Positions 26,676-32,000 of a DNA stretch of 32,000 nt are shown here, one piece after another. The stretch covers positions 1,950,001-1,982,000 of the forward strand of contig NC_017080.1 in assembly GCF_000284115.1 (NCBI RefSeq), given 5' to 3'. Both the position numbers and the translations under genes were made by a program. Under the pieces are notes generated by a model, which was not told where the DNA came from, did not search any database, and saw nothing but the letters and a program-made list of their open reading frames with translations. How positions within the stretch are numbered: position 1 is the stretch's first letter; every line of letters begins with the position of its first letter. This DNA comes from Phycisphaera mikurensis NBRC 102666 (GTDB lineage: Bacteria; Planctomycetota; Phycisphaerae; Phycisphaerales; Phycisphaeraceae).

Positions 26676-27860
26676 ATGGCAGCATCCAACGAACGCGCAG
26701 CCTTCAAGGCGGGGCTGTTCATCCTCGCGATGGCCGTGCTCGCGGTGGTGATGGTCTTCCTGGTCCGCGGCTTCCGCGGATCGCTCGGCGACACCCAGCG
26801 GGTGACGGTGGTGTTCGGCCCCGGGGCCAACGCCGCGGCGCTGACCGCCGGCTCGCCGGTGCGGATCTTCGGCGTCGGGGTCGGGAGCGTGGCGGAGGCG
26901 CGGGTCGTGCCCGACGAGGAGCAGGGGGCGTTGGTGGAGGTGGTCGCGTCGCTGCCCAGCGGCTTCGACGTCATGTCCGACGCGGAGGTGATCGCCTCGG
27001 CCTCGCTGACCGGCGAGAGCTGGCTCGACTTCGTCACCCTCGGTTCGGGGGAGAAGATGGAGCCCGGCGGCCGCATCGACGGCAGCAGCGGCGGGTTCCA
27101 GAAGGCCCTCGACGTCGTCAACGAGGCGCTGCCGGCCGCGGTGCAGGCCGTCGAGCAGGTGACGCGGGTGACGCAGCGTCTCGACGCGCTGGTGGTGAAG
27201 CTGGAGTCGCAGGTCGACCCGCTCGTCGCCGACGTGACGGCGCTGACCGAGGTCGCCGCCTCCGCCGCCGGCGAGCTGGACGCGCTGCTGGGCGATTCCG
27301 GGGGCGACCTCCGCTCCACCTTCAAGAGCCTCGCCGGCGTCACGGAAGCGGCCGAGGCGAAGGTGCCGGCGCTGCTGGACCGGGGCGAGACGCTGCTGAC
27401 CGACGCCGACGCCACGCTGGCCAAGGCCGACCCGCTGCTCGACCGTGTCGGCCCGGTCATCGCCGACACCCGCGCCGTGGTCTCGGACGTCCGCGGGCTC
27501 GTCCGCACCAACGCCGGGCCGATCACGCGGACCGTCGAGTCGCTCGAGCGCACGGCGCTGGACGCACGCGGCGCGGCGAGCGAGCTGCGGGCGGCCCCCT
27601 GGCGGATCCTCTACAAGCCCAAGGAGAAGGACCAGCGCAATCTCGCGCTCTACGCGGCCGCGCGCGACTACGCCGCGGGCGCCCAGGACCTCGAGGCGGC
27701 GGCGGAGGCCCTGCGGGTGGCCGTGGAGGCCGCGCCCGAGGACGGCACCCTGAGCGCCGAAGAGACCGAGAGGCTCGCCGAGCTCCGCCGCCGCGTCGTG
27801 GGGTCGTACGACAACTACGAGCGGGTGCAGGCCCAGCTCTGGCAGCAGTTCGAACGCTGA
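26676..27860 (+). CDS. MCE/MlaD-domain protein
   Basis: FKAGLFILAMAVLAVVMVFLVRG, VTVVFGPGANAAALTAGSPVRIFGVGVGSV, then long helical region. Confidence 0.88.
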   Translation: MAASNERAAFKAGLFILAMAVLAVVMVFLVRGFRGSLGDTQRVTVVFGPGANAAALTAGSPVRIFGVGVGSVAEARVVPDEEQGALVEVVASLPSGFDVMSDAEVIASASLTGESWLDFVTLGSGEKMEPGGRIDGSSGGFQKALDVVNEALPAAVQAVEQVTRVTQRLDALVVKLESQVDPLVADVTALTEVAASAAGELDALLGDSGGDLRSTFKSLAGVTEAAEAKVPALLDRGETLLTDADATLAKADPLLDRVGPVIADTRAVVSDVRGLVRTNAGPITRTVESLERTALDARGAASELRAAPWRILYKPKEKDQRNLALYAAARDYAAGAQDLEAAAEALRVAVEAAPEDGTLSAEETERLAELRRRVVGSYDNYERVQAQLWQQFER

Positions 27861-27882
27861 GACCTACGGGCCCGGAGCCCCG

Positions 27883-27888
27883 TAACCT
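27883..27888 (+). promoter_or_regulatory. Putative -10 box TAACCT, 5 nt upstream of GTG 27894
   Basis: TAACCT-ccggc-GTG. Confidence 0.35.
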
Positions 27889-27893
27889 CCGGC

Positions 27894-29123
27894 GTGCCCG
27901 AATTCGCTTACACCGCGCTCGACGCCGCCGGGGCCACCGTCAGCGGCTCCCTGAGCGCGGCCTCGCGGCGAGCGGCGGTCGACCGGCTGGCGGCTTCGGG
28001 GCGGGTGGCGGTGGAGGTGAAGGAGGGCGCTGCGGCCGCCTACCCCAACGCGGCGGCGGGGAAGCGGGGCGTGTCGTTCCCGGGGAGCCGCGTCACCGGG
28101 CGGCAGCAGGCGGCGATGCTGCGGCAGGTGGCGGTGGCGCTGCAGGCGGGGCTGAACCTGCTGCCGGCGCTGGAGGCGGTTGCCGAGCAGGCGGAGTCGC
28201 CGGCGCTGCGGGGCCTCGTGGAGGGCCTGGCCGCCAAGGTCAAGGAAGGTTCGTCGCTCTCGGCGGCGATGCGGGAGGCGGGACCGAGGAGCTTCTCGGC
28301 GATGCAGGTCAGCATGGTCGAGGCGGGCGAAGCGGCCGGGCTGCTCGACGAGGTCGCGGCGTCGCTCGCCGACTTCGCCGAGCGCGACCTGGACGTCCGC
28401 GAGAAGCTGAGGTCGGCCGCGATGTACCCGATGCTCGTGCTCGGCCTCGGCGGCCTCTCGATCGTCGTCATCGTCGTCTTCATCCTGCCGCGGATCATGG
28501 AGACGGTGAACACGCCCTTCGAAGAGCTGCCGCTCCCCACGCGCCTGCTGATGACGATCAGCGACGGCGTCCGCACGCCCGTGGGCGCGGCCGCGTTGCT
28601 GGGCGTGGCCGCGGCCCTCTTCCTCGCCCTGCGCTGGTCGCGGACACCGGAGGGTGCCCGCACGGCCGACCTCTGGAAGCTGAAGCTCCCGGTCATCGGC
28701 CCCGCCGTGAAGAAGGTCGGCGTCGCCCGCTTCGCCCGTGCCCTCGGGACCCTCACCGGCGCCGGCATCCAGGTCGTGCAGGCTCTGCGGATCACCCGCA
28801 ACACGCTGGGCAACCGCGTCATGGCCGAGCAGGTCGACGCCGCCGCCGACGCCATCGTCGCCGGCGAGAGCATCGCCGCCCCGCTGAAGTCCGGGGGCTT
28901 CTTCCCGCCGTTGCTCGTGCAGGTCGTGGCGATGGGCGAGAAGACCGGCCGGCTCGACGAGCTGCTGCTCCGCTCCGCCGACACCTACGACCGCGAAACC
29001 CGCGTCGCCCTCGACCGCGTCATGAGCGTGCTGCCGGCGCTGCTGATCATGATCCTCGCGGTCATCGTCGCCTTCATCCTGGCGGCGGCGCTGCTGCCGA
29101 TCATGACGATGGACGTCGGGTAG
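27894..29123 (+). CDS. Type II secretion / type IV pilus inner-membrane protein F family (GspF/PilC)
   Basis: FAYTALDAAGATVSGSL, LRQVAVALQAGLNLLPALEAV, FPPLLVQVVAMGEKTGRLDELLLRSADTYDRE, TM segments. Confidence 0.92.
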   Translation: MPEFAYTALDAAGATVSGSLSAASRRAAVDRLAASGRVAVEVKEGAAAAYPNAAAGKRGVSFPGSRVTGRQQAAMLRQVAVALQAGLNLLPALEAVAEQAESPALRGLVEGLAAKVKEGSSLSAAMREAGPRSFSAMQVSMVEAGEAAGLLDEVAASLADFAERDLDVREKLRSAAMYPMLVLGLGGLSIVVIVVFILPRIMETVNTPFEELPLPTRLLMTISDGVRTPVGAAALLGVAAALFLALRWSRTPEGARTADLWKLKLPVIGPAVKKVGVARFARALGTLTGAGIQVVQALRITRNTLGNRVMAEQVDAAADAIVAGESIAAPLKSGGFFPPLLVQVVAMGEKTGRLDELLLRSADTYDRETRVALDRVMSVLPALLIMILAVIVAFILAAALLPIMTMDVG

Positions 29124-29277
29124 GCGTTCCGGGCGGCATCCGGCGGGGTGGGCATCGGGTGGGCATCCGGTGGGCACGAGAGGAGGCCGCGCCGCGGGCA
29201 TCGTCTTCCCGCTGGCTCAGGTCTAGCGTTTGGGTGTCGAAGCCGACGACGGCTTCTCCGCCTGCACGAGACCTCTC

Positions 29278-30426
29278 ATGGAACCCTCCACCCACGACAC
29301 GAACCCATCCGTCACCCCGGGCGGCGGCACGCACGCCACGCCGGCGACGGCGTCCGGATCGGTGGCCGCCGCCCACGGCAGCAGCCAGCGTGACCTCCAC
29401 GACGTCCCGCCCGCCAAGCGGACGCGCGTCTCCTGGGGCGCCATCTTCGCCGGCGCCGTGGTCGCGGTCGCGATCACGCTGCTGCTGACGCTCCTGGGCG
29501 TCGGCGGCGGTCTGCTCACCAGCGACGCGATCACCGGGGCCGACGGCCTGGGGCTCTTCGCGGCGATCTGGTACGTGATCTCCGGCACCTGCGGCCTGCT
29601 CGCCGGCGGCTACGTCGCGGGCCGCCTCGCCGGCTCGCCCTCGCCGCGGGACGCCGTGCTGCACGGTCTCACGGCCTGGGGGCTCACCACCGTCTTCGCC
29701 GCGTGGCTGGCGACCTCGCTCGCCGCGAGCCTCATCTCCGGCGCGACGAGCCTCGCCGGCACCGCGGTGCAGGCGACCGGCACCGCCGTCGGCGGCGTTG
29801 CCAGCGGCGTCGGCTCGGCCACCGGCCAGGTGGCCGGCGGTGCGCTGAGCGCGGCGGGTGGTGCGCTGGGCGCCATCGACCAGATCCCGCTGCCCGACGT
29901 CGACTGGAGCAAGTACGGCTCCATGGCGAACGACCTCATCGAGAAGACCGGCGCGGACCCGGCGCAGACCGCCGACGAGATGGGCGACCAGCCCGTCGCG
30001 GCCGCCAAGGACTTCGCCGCGAACGTCCGCAAGTGGGTGGAAGGCGAAGACAGCGTCACGCAGGAGGAGCTGATCCAGGTCGTCACCTCCAACAGCGGGG
30101 TGAGCGAAGCCGAAGCGCGGAAGGGCCTCGACGAGATCAATTCGGCCTACACGACCGCCAAGACGGAGGCGACCGAGGCGTACGAGACGGCCAAGGCCGA
30201 AGCCAGCGACGCCTACGGCGCCGCCGAGGACCGCGCGACGCAGGCATACCAGACCGCCAAGACCGAAGCCACCGAGGCGGCGCAGACCGCCTACGAGGAA
30301 GGCACCGACGCGCTGGGCACCGCCGCGCTCGCCTCCTTCGCCGTGCTGCTGCTGGGCGCCCTCGCCGCCAGCTTCGGCGCCAGCCTCGGCAGGCCCGACG
30401 AGGACGAGTTCCGCACCCGCGGCTGA
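29278..30426 (+). CDS. Membrane protein with C-terminal 11-residue helical repeats
   Basis: TM segments (GAIFAGAVVAVAITLLLTLLG, GLFAAIWYVISGTCGLLAGGYVAGRL), Ala/Gly-rich stretch, 11-mer repeats, C-terminal TM. Confidence 0.8.
   Translation: MEPSTHDTNPSVTPGGGTHATPATASGSVAAAHGSSQRDLHDVPPAKRTRVSWGAIFAGAVVAVAITLLLTLLGVGGGLLTSDAITGADGLGLFAAIWYVISGTCGLLAGGYVAGRLAGSPSPRDAVLHGLTAWGLTTVFAAWLATSLAASLISGATSLAGTAVQATGTAVGGVASGVGSATGQVAGGALSAAGGALGAIDQIPLPDVDWSKYGSMANDLIEKTGADPAQTADEMGDQPVAAAKDFAANVRKWVEGEDSVTQEELIQVVTSNSGVSEAEARKGLDEINSAYTTAKTEATEAYETAKAEASDAYGAAEDRATQAYQTAKTEATEAAQTAYEEGTDALGTAALASFAVLLLGALAASFGASLGRPDEDEFRTRG
30145..30309 (+). repeat. Five in-frame 33-nt / 11-aa repeats (LEA-like)
   Basis: AYTTAKTEATE / AYETAKAEASD / AYGAAEDRATQ / AYQTAKTEATE / AAQTAYEEGTD. 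Confidence 0.8.
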
Positions 30427-30432
30427 GCGGAA

Positions 30433-30480
30433 GCCGCGGACGGTCGACGAGAACGGCCGCCCGGGCCCCCGGTCCGCGGC
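30433..30480. terminator. Inverted repeat in a convergent intergenic region, possible terminator
   Basis: gccgcggac (30433-30441) / gtccgcggc (30472-30480), 9-bp arms; shares its core with the 12109-12154 repeat. Confidence 0.3.
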
Positions 30481-30557
30481 GGCGGTTTGCGGCGCCTCGT
30501 GCCCCCCGCGGGCCCGCTGGCCTCGGGCTCGCCCGGCGCCGCGCGAGTCCGGCTCGG

Positions 30558-30899
30558 TCACGCGTCGCCTGTGGCGACGAAGCCGAGGAAGCGCACCTCC
30601 TTCTCGCGGGTCTGCAGCTTCGCAAGCTCCGCGAGGAAGACCGGGTGGTGCGGCTGGGCGTCGTGGTTCTGGATCGCCGCCTCGTCCTCCCAGCACTCCA
30701 CCGACGTGAAGCGGCCGGGCTCTTTCTGGTCCTTCATCACGAAGAAGGCGAGGTTGCCCGCGTCGTGCCGCCCGTCCTCGACGTGCTGCGTGAAGAGTGC
30801 GACGGCCTCCGCCTCGCGAGCCGGGTCGGTGAAGAAGTCGACGATCAGCCAGACGCCCGAGCGGGCGGCGGGCGAGAGGTTCAGCAGGTTCTCGGTCAT
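30558..30899 (-). CDS. Antibiotic biosynthesis monooxygenase (ABM)-domain-like small protein
   Basis: VDFFTDPAREAEAVALFTQHVEDGRHDAGNLAFFVMKDQKEPGRFTSVECWEDEAAIQNHDAQPHHPVF; ATGA overlap with the trpF stop. Confidence 0.75.
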   Translation of the reverse strand: MTENLLNLSPAARSGVWLIVDFFTDPAREAEAVALFTQHVEDGRHDAGNLAFFVMKDQKEPGRFTSVECWEDEAAIQNHDAQPHHPVFLAELAKLQTREKEVRFLGFVATGDA

Positions 30900-31594
30900 C
30901 CGGCCACGCTACCCGCGGCTCCCACGAACGCCCGCACCTTCGCCGCGTCCTTGACCCCCTTGGCCGACTCGACGCCGCTGGAGACGTCGACGCCGAATGG
31001 CCGCACGATCCCGATCGCCCCGGCGACGTTCTCCGGCGTGAGCCCGCCGGCGAGCCACAGCGGCGGGAGGCCGCCGCGGTCGACGCCGGCGAGGGCCTGC
31101 CAGTCGAACCGGACGCCGTGCCCGCCGGTGACCCCGCCGCGGGCCGGAGGCGGCGCGTCCACGAGCAGCGCGGCGAGGCCGCGGACGCCGGCCCAGCGCC
31201 GCACGCCGTCGGCATCGAAGGGGACCGCTTTCCACACGGTGAGTCCGGCGTCCGCGAGCGCCGCCACCTCGGCGGCGGACTCGCGGCCGTGCAGCTGCAC
31301 CGTCGTCAGACCCGCCGCCGCCGCGATCGCCCGCACGTCCTCCACCGCGTGGTCGCAGAACAGCCCCACCGGCACCGGCGCGTGCAGCCCGAAGGCGTGC
31401 AGCGCCCGGGTCACCCCCTCCGCCTCCGCCGTCTCCACGCAGCGTGGCGACCGCCGGACGAAGACGAGCCCGACGAAATCGACCCCCGCCTCCGCGCACA
31501 CCGCCGCCGTCCCCACATCCCGCACCCCGCAGATCTTCACGCGCGTGCGGTCGGCGGGCGTCTCGGCAGGAGCATGGAATCCGCGGACCGTCAC
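30896..31594 (-). CDS. trpF: Phosphoribosylanthranilate isomerase (GTG start proposed; track start 31687 lies inside a repeat element)
   Basis: RVKICGVRDVGTA, GVDFVGLVFVRRSPRCV, TTVQLHG, LLVDAP, FDWQALAG, LAGGLTPENV, GVDVSSGVESAKGVKD. Confidence 0.93.
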   Translation of the reverse strand: MTVRGFHAPAETPADRTRVKICGVRDVGTAAVCAEAGVDFVGLVFVRRSPRCVETAEAEGVTRALHAFGLHAPVPVGLFCDHAVEDVRAIAAAAGLTTVQLHGRESAAEVAALADAGLTVWKAVPFDADGVRRWAGVRGLAALLVDAPPPARGGVTGGHGVRFDWQALAGVDRGGLPPLWLAGGLTPENVAGAIGIVRPFGVDVSSGVESAKGVKDAAKVRAFVGAAGSVAG

Positions 31595-31612
31595 CGCTCG
31601 CCTCCAGGGCGG

Positions 31613-31773
31613 AGGGCCGGGTTGCCACGCAACCCGGAACGGCTGCGGAGCAGCCGGTCGCCTCGGTGCAGGCGTGCTGCGGAGCACGACCCGCCGGTGG
31701 CGCGAACCAGCTCGCCGCGCCCGAAACAGCTCCGGCGCCGCCGGAGTTCCGGGTTGCGTGGCAACCCGGCCCT
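31613..31773. repeat. 161-bp REP/BIME/MITE-like element with 28-bp inverted termini
   Basis: agggccgggttgccacgcaacccggaac (31613-31640) vs gttccgggttgcgtggcaacccggccct (31746-31773), exact reverse complements; each arm contains an internal hairpin ccgggttg-ccacg-caacccgg. Confidence 0.9.
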
Positions 31774-31787
31774 GCGTGCTTGGGACC

Positions 31788-32000
31788 TCAAACCCGCTCC
31801 AATCTCGCGTACTGCAGGATCATCGTCTTGAGCCCGTGCGTCTGGAACTCGACGCTCGCCCGCGTGTGCGCACCCATCGAGTCGACCTTGCGGATCCGCC
31901 CGCGCCCGAACTGCGGGTGGCGGACCTCGGTGCCCGGGGGCCACGCGTCCGCCTCCCGGTCGGCCCGGTTCCGCTGCGCCTGCCCGCGTCGGTGCGTGAA
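31788..32000 (-). CDS. UvrD/PcrA-type helicase, C-terminal end (continues beyond window)
   Basis: Translated by eye from the minus strand: ...WPPGTEVRHPQFGRGRIRKVDSMGAHTRASVEFQTHGLKTMILQYARLERV*; matches the PcrA C-terminal VxHpxFGxGxI...GxKxL.xxYAxLE pattern. Confidence 0.75.
   Translation of the reverse strand, partial: FTHRRGQAQRNRADREADAWPPGTEVRHPQFGRGRIRKVDSMGAHTRASVEFQTHGLKTMILQYARLERV

Noticed and set aside
24988-26685. 565-aa minus-strand ORF opposite the epimerase fusion gene
   Set aside because: Antisense shadow ORF; the plus strand carries clear SDR motifs.
26435-29488. 1017-aa plus-strand ORF
   Set aside because: Gly/Arg/Ala-rich out-of-frame read-through overlapping the convincing YfcH, MCE and GspF genes; typical GC-rich spurious ORF.
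31595-31687. N-terminal extension of TrpF
   Set aside because: The extra N-terminal residues are encoded inside the 31613-31773 inverted-repeat element, and homology begins at TRVKICG; the GTG at 31594 is preferred.
1-32000. CRISPR arrays, rRNA, tRNA genes, integrases or transposase genes
   Set aside because: No regularly spaced direct repeats, rRNA/tRNA signatures or recombinase-like protein motifs were seen by eye; a tRNAscan/Infernal run would be needed to exclude small RNAs.

Overview
High-GC (roughly 70%) bacterial chromosome segment. The nuo/PEP-CTERM-like/SecA-like gene content fits a Planctomycetes/Phycisphaerae-type genome, but that is my inference. It is densely coding with conventional housekeeping and signalling genes: a SecA-like 3' end, fliS, a c-di-GMP signalling pair (histidine kinase + REC-GGDEF-EAL), PAS kinase and Rcp-like receiver, CbiX-like, FdhF/YdeP-like oxidoreductase + fdhD, nuoD/nuoE/nuoF, YqgE/AlgH, a DUF4394-like PEP-CTERM-like secreted protein, an FHA-coiled-coil protein, a YfcH-like epimerase, an MCE/MlaD protein, GspF, trpF and a UvrD/PcrA tail. 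The best candidate for an accessory system is a two-gene module at 15631-17768. It encodes a RecF/OLD-type AAA ATPase and, overlapping by 4 nt, a small DUF4276/Toprim-like protein, and it is lodged between nuoE and nuoF. Other points of interest: (i) a TANNNT hexamer exactly 5-6 nt upstream of the start codon of at least ten genes, which suggests widespread leaderless transcription; (ii) a perfect 24-bp inverted repeat at 8821-8874; (iii) a 161-bp element at 31613-31773 bounded by 28-bp inverted copies of an internally palindromic unit; (iv) a LEA-like 11-residue repeat in a membrane protein at 29278-30426. All family names come from reading motifs, since no database search was possible.
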